In this document: piece by piece, positions 8,864 to 18,635 of the stretch
How the letters are laid out: each line of letters starts with the position of its first letter
Position numbering within the stretch: position 1 is the stretch's first letter
Assembly (NCBI GenBank): GCA_008080745.1
Contig: SHMX01000007.1
Coordinates: 1 to 32,000, forward strand
DNA: 32,000 bases
Direction of reading: 5' to 3'
Source: Candidatus Thorarchaeota archaeon
GTDB lineage: Archaea > Asgardarchaeota > Thorarchaeia > Thorarchaeales > Thorarchaeaceae
Made by a program: the position numbers and the translations under genes
Notes under the pieces: generated by a model
What the model saw: the letters and a program-made list of their open reading frames with translations, nothing else
What the model was told of the DNA's origin: nothing
Database searches by the model: none

Positions 8864-9673
8864 GTGAGAAACCTGTCCAAACTTGCTGTTCGCAACCTTT
8901 CAAAGACATTCCTTACAGATGAAGACGAATCCGTCAAAGTACTTGATTCGATTGATTTTGAAGTCAAAGAAGGCGAATTTGTAAGCATACTTGGACCGAG
9001 TGGATGCGGCAAGACCACTCTACTACGTATAATTGCTGGATTACTTCGCTTTTCAGAAGGTGAGATTCTGATTGACGGGGTGAGGGTTGGTTTGGGTCAT
9101 AACAGAATTGGTTTTATTTTTCAACAAGAATCACTCTTCCCCTGGAGAACCGTTCGAGGTAATATCGAGTTCGGTCTAGAATTAAAGGGCATGTCCGAGG
9201 GTATGAAACAGGATCTCTTAGAGAAGATGTTAGATCTTATTGGTATGACGGAATATCAAGATAATCTTCCTCATGAAATATCTGGAGGACAGGCAAGAAA
9301 GACCGAGATGGCTCGCAGTCTCATAACCACGCCCGATATCTTGGTTGCCGATGAGCCCCTCTCAAATTTAGATGCACAGACAAGAAACTTTCTACAAGAG
9401 GAGCTATTACGAATTAGGGAAAGAACTGGTTCCACAGTACTTTTCGTATCTCATAATGTTGACGAAACTGTGTTTCTGTCCGATCGAATATTGGTTCTTA
9501 GTAATATTCCTGCAAGAATCATTGCAGAGTACACTATTGATATTCCCAAACCAAGAGACCGTACTTCTCCTGAATGTCTATCATATAGATCTCAAATCTT
9601 GGAAGTTCTCAGAGCAGAGCGTGAGAAAATTCTCAACGATAGAGCTACACAGAGACCCCAGGTCTCCATCTGA
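8864..9673 (+). CDS. ABC transporter ATP-binding protein (SsuB/TauB/NrtD-like)
   Basis: Walker A GPSGCGKT, Q-loop FQQ, signature ISGGQ, Walker B LVADEP, H-loop SHN. GTG start. Confidence 0.93.
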   Translation: MRNLSKLAVRNLSKTFLTDEDESVKVLDSIDFEVKEGEFVSILGPSGCGKTTLLRIIAGLLRFSEGEILIDGVRVGLGHNRIGFIFQQESLFPWRTVRGNIEFGLELKGMSEGMKQDLLEKMLDLIGMTEYQDNLPHEISGGQARKTEMARSLITTPDILVADEPLSNLDAQTRNFLQEELLRIRERTGSTVLFVSHNVDETVFLSDRILVLSNIPARIIAEYTIDIPKPRDRTSPECLSYRSQILEVLRAEREKILNDRATQRPQVSI

Positions 9674-10487
9674 GTATATTTCTCTCCATTATCAGGAATA
9701 CATAACTGATCAGAAAGCCAATGAGCCCTATGAGAAGCATAGCTGAGATAACCTCACCAGTTCTTCCTACTTGCTGCATAATCAACACAAGGTAACCTAA
9801 TCCCAGACCTCCCCCAATCATCTCTGCAGCAACTAGACACATCCAACCAATTCCAAACCCTATCCGTAATCCTGCAAATATCTCTGGTGCAGCGGAAGGT
9901 ATTACAATCTTGGAAAGAATCTGCGATTCTGTTGCACCAAATGTCTTTGCCACATCAACATGTACCGGTTCGGTTCGTTGTACCCCTGTGGTGGTGTTGA
10001 TTAGAATTGGGAAAAAAGCACCAATCCAGATTATGAATACCTGTGCACCAATCAGATTGGCCCGAAACATAAGAATGGATAGGGGTATCCATGCAATTGG
10101 TGGAATTGGTCTGATTGCATCTACAACAGGGCCGAATACATCATTCATAATCTTGTATCTACCGATGGTAATTCCAAACGGTATTGCTGTAAGAATTGCA
10201 ACTAAGAATCCCAACACTACTCGAAAAAGACTCATTCTAACATGGTCAATGAGCAAGTGTCCTTCGCTATCTCCCTCGATAGATAGTCTGATGAATGCAT
10301 TAACTACATCTATTATTGAAGTTCCAGAGAGAAAGGCAACAACTTCCCAGAGAATGATTAGAATGATTGCTGGAAGTATAATTTTTATCGCGATATTTTT
10401 TATATCAAACCTTCCAGAATCTTTTCTCCCTTGAGGGACTGACTGCCTGACTCTTGCAGCTTCCTGTTGAGATTCCATTTTTCTCAA
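9645..10487 (-). CDS. ABC transporter permease (SsuC/TauC-like)
   Basis: About six TM segments, RPIPPIAWIPL, and an EAA-like loop (VAKTFGATESQILSKIVIPSAAP). Confidence 0.92.
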   Translation of the reverse strand: MRKMESQQEAARVRQSVPQGRKDSGRFDIKNIAIKIILPAIILIILWEVVAFLSGTSIIDVVNAFIRLSIEGDSEGHLLIDHVRMSLFRVVLGFLVAILTAIPFGITIGRYKIMNDVFGPVVDAIRPIPPIAWIPLSILMFRANLIGAQVFIIWIGAFFPILINTTTGVQRTEPVHVDVAKTFGATESQILSKIVIPSAAPEIFAGLRIGFGIGWMCLVAAEMIGGGLGLGYLVLIMQQVGRTGEVISAMLLIGLIGFLISYVFLIMERNILRWRPGVSV

Positions 10488-10525
10488 GGAGTCAGCACAG
10501 TCTTATTCCTTTGAATCTACCGTTT

Positions 10526-11509
10526 TTACTCAGCATTTTCAATGAAGGTTGTATTTACAAATGAATCAAAGAATGAATCAATCTCTGTAGGATCCATAGT
10601 AACCTGTCCTTCATCAATTAGAAAGCTGAGATATCTCTCAAGGCCAGTCATGTTTAGATTATAATCAAAGATGATATTATTGAAGGCCGTTGTCACGGGA
10701 GTTTCATCCATCATGAGCCAGTCCATTGCTATTTGAATTGCATCAGCTGGATTTGCAACAATCCACTCCTCTGCTCTCTTATGGACATCAATAACTTTCT
10801 GAACAATATCTGGGTGTTCTGCGAGAAAAGTATTCGTTGACGCAACTACACAACAGGGATGATTTGGCCAGATATCACCAGATTGAACTAGAGGCACTGC
10901 CTTCTCCTCATACTCTGCTCGTGCGTTGAATGGCTCCCAGGCAACAAACGCAGGAGCATCTTCGGTCAGAGAATCTGCCATATAGGAGGGCGATGTGGTT
11001 TCAGGTGTTATATCTTCATAAGTTAGACCTGATTGGTTCAAGGCCAATCGAAGAAGGAAATTTTGTACCGTAGAGGGGCCTGGTTGATATACAGTCTTTC
11101 CTGCAAGATCTGCAATCGTAGTCACTCGACCAGCATCATATTCTGATTTGAGACCCATTATAGCTGAGCCTTCTAAATTCACTGCAGCAAGAATAGTTAT
11201 CATAATATCTTGATTGAGTCGTTTGGTAATTGCAGGTGCAGCACCTAGATACCCCAGGTCTATCTGTCCACCGTTGAACCCATCCATCTCAAGTGCGCCG
11301 TTACCATATTGTACGAGCTCGACGTTAATTCCCTCCTCAACAAACCATCCCTTTTCGACGGCTACTCTGAGGGCCAATTGATGTAAATCTTGAGAAAGGT
11401 AGCCAATTCTGGCATCGGGAACTGTGGAGGGATACCATACGGCGACCAGTACAAGTGATGAAATTACAATAACAGTAATTGCTATTGCGACACTCTTATT
11501 CTTCTCCAT
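10526..11509 (-). CDS. ABC transporter substrate-binding protein (SsuA/NrtA/NMT1-like, N-terminal membrane anchor)
   Basis: RIGYL, G-x-IDLGYLGAAP, AFVAWEPF, WPNHPCC. The likely start is ATG 11509 (MEKNK), followed by a hydrophobic anchor. Confidence 0.88.
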   Translation of the reverse strand: MEKNKSVAIAITVIVISSLVLVAVWYPSTVPDARIGYLSQDLHQLALRVAVEKGWFVEEGINVELVQYGNGALEMDGFNGGQIDLGYLGAAPAITKRLNQDIMITILAAVNLEGSAIMGLKSEYDAGRVTTIADLAGKTVYQPGPSTVQNFLLRLALNQSGLTYEDITPETTSPSYMADSLTEDAPAFVAWEPFNARAEYEEKAVPLVQSGDIWPNHPCCVVASTNTFLAEHPDIVQKVIDVHKRAEEWIVANPADAIQIAMDWLMMDETPVTTAFNNIIFDYNLNMTGLERYLSFLIDEGQVTMDPTEIDSFFDSFVNTTFIENAE

Positions 11510-11621
11510 GAATCTCTGCTCCTTAGCACAAATGATTTGTATCTGAACCATATAGAATTTGACCTGTGTACCTAATACTTAGTACAACACATTGATTAGC
11601 CCAGTAGAACAGGTGTAATAT

Positions 11622-12014
11622 ATGACCCTCCGAGATCGAATTCCCGAACAACTAACGATAACCGATGACTCTCTGATTGCTGCCACCATGGAAACGGATG
11701 TTGGTGTCTTTCCGACAAGCGATTATATTCTCTTAGAGATATCTCATAAGGCTGGTCGAATTGATGTCTATAAGGTGGCTAATACTGCATATGACTTGGT
11801 AAAGAACGGAAATCGTATGGTTGCAATCCGTGGATATGGTTTCAAGGGTATAGGGCTTTCTGTTCGGATAGCACATGAGATTCGTAAGATGGAAAAACGC
11901 TTCCAATACCAGATGACATTTGATACGTTTGATGCTTACGAACCAGATACTGAACGACCGCAGACCAGTGTTCAGATTGTTGTCATGCCACCTGAGGATG
12001 AGTCCGAGGAATAA
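11622..12014 (+). CDS. Divergent Alba-family nucleic-acid-binding protein
   Basis: NGNRMVAIRGYGFKGIGLSVRIAHEIR resembles the Alba segment VIIKARGRAISRAVDVAEIVR, and TSVQIVV resembles STIEIVL. It has an N-terminal extension and an acidic tail. Confidence 0.6.
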   Translation: MTLRDRIPEQLTITDDSLIAATMETDVGVFPTSDYILLEISHKAGRIDVYKVANTAYDLVKNGNRMVAIRGYGFKGIGLSVRIAHEIRKMEKRFQYQMTFDTFDAYEPDTERPQTSVQIVVMPPEDESEE

Positions 12015-12038
12015 TTTCTTGGATCGTGAGATTGTATT

Positions 12039-12608
12039 GTGAACGCAAAGAAAGGGATTGGAGTACTGAAAGTTAAGCTATCAAAGGTGACTTTTCCCGA
12101 GGTGTGTCCTGCCTGTCTAGAAGATGCAGAGGATCTGATCTCCATGGAAGTATGGAGTGATGAGGACAAGGCATCCACAACTTTCAGCCGTGCCGATCAA
12201 GCAGAATCTGCGCTCTCCGTGAAGAAAGGAGCGACGGTAATCTGGGTTCCTACTTGTATGAGTCATGGTAGTAAAAACGTTAGAACAACTAGAAAGGTTG
12301 TCTTGGCATGGATTGGTTTTCTTATCCTATGGTATCCTGGCATCTATTTCCTATTAGGATTGATACGTGCATTCTATTACAGTAATTCTATCCTCCTTCC
12401 TCTTCTACAGTTCTTAGTCATGTTGGGGATAATGGGGCTTGTGCTCCTGTACGGATATTTTCCTCGTGCGGTTGAGCGAAACCTGCATTTTCTAGATGTG
12501 GATATCCAGAAAGACACACTCTATGTATTGATTGGTAAACAAGAATATTATGACCTCTTTCTTGAACTAAATGAAATGCATGCAGAAGAAATAGATGTGA
12601 TTGAGTAG
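12039..12608 (+). CDS. Hypothetical two-TM membrane protein with a putative Zn site (CPAC...CMSH)
   Basis: CxxC and CxxH pairs precede two hydrophobic helices. GTG start. Confidence 0.65.
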   Translation: MNAKKGIGVLKVKLSKVTFPEVCPACLEDAEDLISMEVWSDEDKASTTFSRADQAESALSVKKGATVIWVPTCMSHGSKNVRTTRKVVLAWIGFLILWYPGIYFLLGLIRAFYYSNSILLPLLQFLVMLGIMGLVLLYGYFPRAVERNLHFLDVDIQKDTLYVLIGKQEYYDLFLELNEMHAEEIDVIE

Positions 12609-12701
12609 AATGTTGGACATTGGTTTGAAAACTATTCATGTACTTATGAAACAATCTATTAACGGAATGCGCGGATTTAGATAGGATATGGATGATGGAT
12701 T

Positions 12702-14021
12702 ATGCGACACATTGAATGTTTTGTAATACTCCTTTTGTTCTTAGCATCTTCATTCGTGATTGCTCATTCCTCTCCTCAACTGTTGTACTCAAAAGAAGAT
12801 TCTCTGGTGGTTTTCTCATCATATGAAGAATTTCATCCAATTTACGTTAACGGTGATAAAGAACTCTTAGAAGCTGCATCCGAAAATGAATGGATTGGTG
12901 ACGGATCGCAAGCGAATCCTATTATGATTGAGGGTTACTCCATAACTGGAATAAGCTGGTTGATCCGAGTAGAAAATGTACGACTGTATTTTGAGGTTGC
13001 TGAGAACCGATTGAATGGTTACGACTCCGATTGGTCCTCTATTCTTGTTAGGAATTCCACAAACTTTACCATACGCGACAATCTCGTACATAATGGCACT
13101 ACAGGGATTCGTATCCTTAATTGTTCAAATTTCGAGATACGTGACAACACTGTAATGGAAGAATACACCGCACTATATGTTACTAATTGTTCCGCGAGTG
13201 CAATAATAACTCGTAATTTGATTCACGACTGTAGAAGTGTTGGAATAGCTGTGTTGGATTGTACGGGTGACTTGGAGGATGGATTCTCTATCTATGAGAA
13301 TATAATCGAAAATCTTACAGCAGCTGCAATATATGTTCGCCATTCCAGATACATATCGATTAGCACTAATCACATAAGATTCATTGAGCAGACCGGAATC
13401 ATACTATCTACAGATGATTCTTCTTGGCTTTATGGTTCACAATGTACCATAAGCGAGAACAATGTGCAAGAGTGTTCTATCGGTCTTAGTATTATGACAT
13501 CCAATAATCTGGTCAACAATAATACAATTCAGAATTGCACTGGGGAATGCCTTCGTCTACAATCTGCATCGGAACCCGACTTATCATCTTCTGATAATAC
13601 TGTGGTTTGGAATATCTTTGCATTAAGTCAAGGTTATGGGGTTGTCATCGAATCTGGTTGTAGAAATAATACCTTCTCACAGAATGATTATATTCTAAAT
13701 ACTCTCACTCCGCAGGCTTCCGACGACGGAGCTTTCAACACGTTTCGGGATAACCATTATTCAGACCACACCTCTCCAGATTTTGACAATGACTTGGTTG
13801 TTGATACAGTATATGACTTGGATGGAGAAAGTGAGAATTTTGATGTTCGTCCTAATCTTGTTCCACATAGGCTTGAATCAATTCTTATTATGAATCAGTT
13901 CTTCTCTCGCGATAACCCTTTCCAATTCTGGGATTTAGTACGAATTGCACTTTCTTCAATTCTTTCAGCCATATTTGCTATTGGTATCATTGCATTTGTT
14001 GCAAGGAGAAAAAACACATAG
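12702..14021 (+). CDS. Right-handed parallel beta-helix (NosD/PbH1-like) membrane-anchored surface protein 1
   Basis: Signal-like N-terminus, repeats of about 22 aa of type I..N.I.....GI, and a C-terminal TM helix followed by RRKNT. Confidence 0.85.
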   Translation: MRHIECFVILLLFLASSFVIAHSSPQLLYSKEDSLVVFSSYEEFHPIYVNGDKELLEAASENEWIGDGSQANPIMIEGYSITGISWLIRVENVRLYFEVAENRLNGYDSDWSSILVRNSTNFTIRDNLVHNGTTGIRILNCSNFEIRDNTVMEEYTALYVTNCSASAIITRNLIHDCRSVGIAVLDCTGDLEDGFSIYENIIENLTAAAIYVRHSRYISISTNHIRFIEQTGIILSTDDSSWLYGSQCTISENNVQECSIGLSIMTSNNLVNNNTIQNCTGECLRLQSASEPDLSSSDNTVVWNIFALSQGYGVVIESGCRNNTFSQNDYILNTLTPQASDDGAFNTFRDNHYSDHTSPDFDNDLVVDTVYDLDGESENFDVRPNLVPHRLESILIMNQFFSRDNPFQFWDLVRIALSSILSAIFAIGIIAFVARRKNT

Positions 14022-14111
14022 TGCCGGAATGTAAGTATTGCTTATAACAATAAGACGATATCATTAGGTATCACTGGATGGAGATTTTTCCATATTCTCG
14101 GAGTGACTTAC

Positions 14112-15263
14112 ATGTTTAGAAAAGCCGGTCTGCTACTCGTTACTGTTTTATTATCTCTCACATTTTTAGGAGTCAATACGTATCAAAACTCTCTTCAACT
14201 AACTACTCAACCAAAATCTCTGATTGCAGATCATATTTACCATGATCCTATTTGGATAACTGGTGATGCAGAGTTTCAGGCTGTTGCAAACATAGAGGGT
14301 TGGGATGGTTCAGGAACGATTTCTGATCCAATTGTAATATCGGGGTATCTCTTCGATAACAGCACCATTCAACCTATTCGAATCTGGGACACTACACTTC
14401 ATTTCATAATCTCCGACTGTGTAGTAAATGGTAGCCCCTCTATGTGTGGAATCTATCTCAAGGGCACATCGAACGGAAAGGTACTCACTACAGAAGTATA
14501 TGAAAGACATTCTGGAATTATCATATCGGATTGTGAGAATATCACTGTGCAGCTGTGTAATTTGTACAATAACAGTGCTCATGCTATAGAAGTTGACTCA
14601 ACAAGTATGAATGTGACAATACGTGAAAATACTATGAGCGATCTAGGTGGATGTGGTATTTTTGGTTCAAACTCTAATGGAATTAGCATAGTCGATAATG
14701 AAATAATGAATTCGACAAAAAATGGCATACAACTCTCAATGTGCAATGATGTGGAGGTTGCTCGAAGCGAAATCTCCGAGTCTGGTCTTGATGCGGTAAA
14801 TATCACGGGTGGCCAACGAATTGATATCAATAACTGTGCTATGAAGAATAATGGTGATAATGGGGTTGCGCTAAAATCTGTCAAAAATGGTCAAGTATTC
14901 AAGAATTTAATCAGCAGTAATTCCGCATATGGTGTAACTCTCACAGAATCATCTGAGAACATCACTGTTTCATGGAATACCTTCATTCAGAATGACGGTT
15001 CCAGTCAATGCAATGATGATGGGATGAACAACGAATTCATCCTTAATTTCTTTTCAAATTGGATTGCGCCCGATGCAAATGGGGATGGCATTGTCGACAA
15101 TCCCTATCCAATTGATGGAGATGCAGAAAATCAGGATCCATACCCTCGTAGAAGTCCAGAAGCAGAACCAAGTATTCCCTCTGGAGGGCAAAATCCGTTA
15201 TTGATTGGGCTTGGAGTAATAACTCTATTTGTTATTATAGTCGTTATCCTTAAACGTAGATAA
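14112..15263 (+). CDS. Right-handed parallel beta-helix surface protein 2
   Basis: Same architecture, with DANGDGIVD and a C-terminal TM helix plus KRR. ATG 14112 follows GGAGTGA; GTG 14103 is an alternative start. Confidence 0.85.
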   Translation: MFRKAGLLLVTVLLSLTFLGVNTYQNSLQLTTQPKSLIADHIYHDPIWITGDAEFQAVANIEGWDGSGTISDPIVISGYLFDNSTIQPIRIWDTTLHFIISDCVVNGSPSMCGIYLKGTSNGKVLTTEVYERHSGIIISDCENITVQLCNLYNNSAHAIEVDSTSMNVTIRENTMSDLGGCGIFGSNSNGISIVDNEIMNSTKNGIQLSMCNDVEVARSEISESGLDAVNITGGQRIDINNCAMKNNGDNGVALKSVKNGQVFKNLISSNSAYGVTLTESSENITVSWNTFIQNDGSSQCNDDGMNNEFILNFFSNWIAPDANGDGIVDNPYPIDGDAENQDPYPRRSPEAEPSIPSGGQNPLLIGLGVITLFVIIVVILKRR

Positions 15264-15281
15264 ATAATAAAATATCATGAA

Positions 15282-16484
15282 TTGATGATGAGCATGAAAC
15301 GGTTGATATTAGTTAGCACGATAATGGTTCTTTCATTATCTGTTTTGATGGCAGCTCATACAGAATATTCATTTTATGTATCGAATGAACCTCAACCTAC
15401 TCTGTTCCAACCCTCCTATGAGGAGCATATTCCTGTTACAATCGTGGATGAAAACGGTTTCATTGCACACGGATTTTCAGGTTCTGGGACCATAGACGAT
15501 CCCTATCTTATTGAGAATCTTTTCATTTCTGATGGAACGTGCATCAAAATCAGGAATATAGATAGTTATCACGAAATCAGAAATTGCTATTTTGAGGGAG
15601 TTCAAGGATTTCCAGCAATTATACTCCAAAATACGAGTAATGGTGTCATTCGTGACTGCATCATTGAAGGAGATCCCAATTATGGTGTTCATTTGTCTTC
15701 TGTGAACAACACTATTCTCGTCGATAGTGGGTTTTATGGCGGGAATCATGGGGTTGTTATTGAGAATTCATATGATTGTGATATCGTTAGATGCATTACA
15801 AGTAACAACGAATATGGAGTCAGTACATTACAGTCCCACAATATAACGGTTACAGATTGCAAGATTTATGGTAACTTAAGAAATGGAATTAACCTTGATG
15901 AGGGAACTTCTGGAACTCTTATTTTCAATAACTCCATTGGATGGAATGGTGGAATTATCACAATCTATCCTCTATCAAATGCTCATGATGATGGCATCTG
16001 GAACCGTTGGGATAATGGTTCGATGGGCAACAGATGGAGTAATCTTGCAACTCCAAGTGAGTATGAAATAGAGGGAAATGCAGGTTCAGAGGACCATTTC
16101 CCATCCGCCTTAATTGACCTTGAAGCTCCAATTCTCAGTGGATCTGAAGATTTACGTATTGATTCTGGTAGTGATTCGATTGCAATGTGGAATGCCAGTG
16201 ATGCTTTTCCATACACCTATGAAGTGTCGGTTGACGGTACTAATGCTGAAAAATTCCTTTGGATTGAGAATAATATCACCGTGAATCTTGATTTCCTTTC
16301 AGCTGGCCAACACAATCTGACACTTGAAGTACGAGATGCACGCGGTAATGTCAATCAAGATACAATTAATATTATAGTGTATCCACGCCTTGTGGGTGGC
16401 CTCGGCACAGAAATAGTAGTGCTGGCATCGCTTTTTTCCATTCTCTCTTTGATTGTAATTATACTACTAATGAAAAGAATCTGA
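15282..16484 (+). CDS. Right-handed parallel beta-helix surface protein 3, with an extra Ig-like domain
   Basis: Beta-helix repeats, then DLEAP...GQHNLTLEVRDARGN (Ig-like), then a TM helix plus KRI. Confidence 0.85.
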   Translation: MMMSMKRLILVSTIMVLSLSVLMAAHTEYSFYVSNEPQPTLFQPSYEEHIPVTIVDENGFIAHGFSGSGTIDDPYLIENLFISDGTCIKIRNIDSYHEIRNCYFEGVQGFPAIILQNTSNGVIRDCIIEGDPNYGVHLSSVNNTILVDSGFYGGNHGVVIENSYDCDIVRCITSNNEYGVSTLQSHNITVTDCKIYGNLRNGINLDEGTSGTLIFNNSIGWNGGIITIYPLSNAHDDGIWNRWDNGSMGNRWSNLATPSEYEIEGNAGSEDHFPSALIDLEAPILSGSEDLRIDSGSDSIAMWNASDAFPYTYEVSVDGTNAEKFLWIENNITVNLDFLSAGQHNLTLEVRDARGNVNQDTINIIVYPRLVGGLGTEIVVLASLFSILSLIVIILLMKRI

Positions 16485-16571
16485 AACCTTTCTTTTCAGG
16501 TACCACTCCATCAAATACATAAGGATGCACAAGAGGAAGTCATCTTAGTTCACCCTGTAGGTGATAATAAT

Positions 16572-17147
16572 ATGGCACTTGATTTTGCTAAAGGCATTAC
16601 CGAATTTAGATGGCACGGACGAGGTGGCCAAGGAGTAGTCACTTCTAACCAGATGCTAGGTAAGGCCGCCCTTGCAGAAGGCAATTATATCCAAGCCTTC
16701 CCCGAGTTTGGTCCTGAGAGAACAGGGGCACCAGTAAGGGCGTTCTTGAGAATTAGCAAGGATCCCATTCAGATTTATGCCCAGGTCTATAATCCCGATG
16801 TGGTAGTATGTATAGACCCTACTCTATTGGAGGTAGTAAACCCCGTAGAGGGCCTAAAAGAAGAGGGAACTCTTGTTCTTAACACCACACTTTCCCCCGA
16901 TGATGTTCGTAAGAAATACGACTTCAAGACTGGTAGGGTTGTCGCTGTTGACGCTACTAGTATTGCATTAGACATCTTAGGCCGTCCCTTTTACAATATG
17001 CCAACAATGGCTGCAGCAGTTCACGCTGTTGGTACGGTAAAGATTGACACCGCAATAGAAGCTGTACTCGAACGTTATCCCGGAAAAATTGGAGAACTTA
17101 ACAAAGCTGCAATGGAAAAGGCAGTAAAGGAGGCTCAAGTAGGATGA
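16572..17147 (+). CDS. porG: Pyruvate/2-oxoacid:ferredoxin oxidoreductase gamma subunit
   Basis: EFRWHGRGGQG, FPEFGPERTGAPV, NPDVVVCIDPTL. AGGTGA RBS upstream. Confidence 0.93.
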   Translation: MALDFAKGITEFRWHGRGGQGVVTSNQMLGKAALAEGNYIQAFPEFGPERTGAPVRAFLRISKDPIQIYAQVYNPDVVVCIDPTLLEVVNPVEGLKEEGTLVLNTTLSPDDVRKKYDFKTGRVVAVDATSIALDILGRPFYNMPTMAAAVHAVGTVKIDTAIEAVLERYPGKIGELNKAAMEKAVKEAQVG

Positions 17148-17440
17148 GCGAGAAATTTGACGAGATACCGATGGCTGGTAATATTATCAAACCAGGCAAT
17201 GCAACCGAGTACAAGACTGGTGGGTGGCGCTCAGAGAGGCCTGTTCATATCCCCGAAACTTGTCTCTGGATTAAGAATGGAACTTGTGGAATATGTTGGA
17301 TCTACTGTCCTGACATGGCCATTAAGCTGATCGAGAAAGACGGCAAATACGAGTTCGAATATGACTATGACTATTGCAAGGGATGCGGTATTTGTTATAA
17401 TGAGTGTCCCACTGATAGTATTAAGATGGAGAAGGAGTAA
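17144..17440 (+). CDS. porD: Pyruvate/2-oxoacid:ferredoxin oxidoreductase delta subunit (2x[4Fe-4S])
   Basis: KTGGWRSERP, C-x7-CGICWIYCPD, DYDYCKGCGICYNECP. Confidence 0.93.
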   Translation: MSEKFDEIPMAGNIIKPGNATEYKTGGWRSERPVHIPETCLWIKNGTCGICWIYCPDMAIKLIEKDGKYEFEYDYDYCKGCGICYNECPTDSIKMEKE

Positions 17441-17441
17441 G

Positions 17442-18635
17442 ATGACAGTAGCAAAAGATAAAATTTCAATCGAGGGACTCACTGGAGATGCGGCTATAGC
17501 TCATGCGCTCAAGCAGTGTGACCTTGATGTATTAGCAGCATATCCCATTACGCCGCAGACGATCATTGTAGAAGATTTTCAGAAATTTGCAGCAGATGGT
17601 GAGGTACAGACTGCAGTTATTCCTGTCGAGTCTGAGCATAGTGCAATGTCAGCCTGTGTTGGTGCCTCTGCAACCGGAGCCCGTGTTGCTACAGCATCTG
17701 CATCAGCAGGACTTGCATTAATGTGGGAAATACTCTACTGTGCAGCATCTATGCGTATGCCGATTGTCTTTACTGTAGCAAATCGAGCATTGAGCGCTCC
17801 GATTAACATTCACAATGACCACTCTGATGGAATGGGGATGCGTGACAGTGGGTTTGTACAACTCTATTGTCAGAGTTCACAGGAGGCATACGACACAACT
17901 ATTATGGCCTTCAAAATCGCAGAGGACCACGATATTCTCTTACCCGTGATGGTGGGCATTGACGGTTTCATTCTCAGCCACAACGTAGAACGTGTTGAGA
18001 TGCTTCCAACCGATGTTGTCACTGATTTCTTGGGTATTCGAGAACCTGTCCAACCCCTGCATCCTGACAAGCCTATCACAATGGGTCCACTTGCTCTAAC
18101 CGATTACTACTTTGAATTCAAAGAGCAACAGGACCGCGCAATTCAAGAGGTTCCAAAGATCTACAAGAAGGTCGAAAAAGAGTTTGAAAAACTCACGGGA
18201 CGCTCTTACGGAATGATTGAGGAATACAAGACCGATGACGCTGAAATTATCATCCTTGCCATGAGTACTATGGGTGGTACAGCAAAAGCTGTTGCCGATG
18301 TACTCCGTGAGAAGGGTGAGAAAGTCGGTGTGATTCGGCTCAAGATGTTCAGACCCTTCCCTGTCGAAGAGATCTGCAAAGCAATTGGAGATGCCAAGGC
18401 TGTCATGATTTTCGAAAAGGCAATGTCCTTTGGAGCTGTGACTCACCCATTAGCAATGGAGATTCGCAGTGCACTCTATGAGGCTGAGAACAGACCAATG
18501 GTCCTAGATTTCGTTGTTGGTCTTGGTGGACGTGATGTTCCTCCAACAACATTTGTTGAAGGATATGAAAAGACAAAGAAATACCTCGAGAAAGGTGAAG
18601 CACCTCTCTATGAAACACTGGGGGTTAGAAAATAA
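17442..18635 (+). CDS. porA: Pyruvate/2-oxoacid:ferredoxin oxidoreductase alpha subunit
   Basis: AAYPITPQT, VESEHSAMS, NRALSAPINIHNDHSD. The start is ATG 17442 after AAGGAG. Confidence 0.95.
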   Translation: MTVAKDKISIEGLTGDAAIAHALKQCDLDVLAAYPITPQTIIVEDFQKFAADGEVQTAVIPVESEHSAMSACVGASATGARVATASASAGLALMWEILYCAASMRMPIVFTVANRALSAPINIHNDHSDGMGMRDSGFVQLYCQSSQEAYDTTIMAFKIAEDHDILLPVMVGIDGFILSHNVERVEMLPTDVVTDFLGIREPVQPLHPDKPITMGPLALTDYYFEFKEQQDRAIQEVPKIYKKVEKEFEKLTGRSYGMIEEYKTDDAEIIILAMSTMGGTAKAVADVLREKGEKVGVIRLKMFRPFPVEEICKAIGDAKAVMIFEKAMSFGAVTHPLAMEIRSALYEAENRPMVLDFVVGLGGRDVPPTTFVEGYEKTKKYLEKGEAPLYETLGVRK

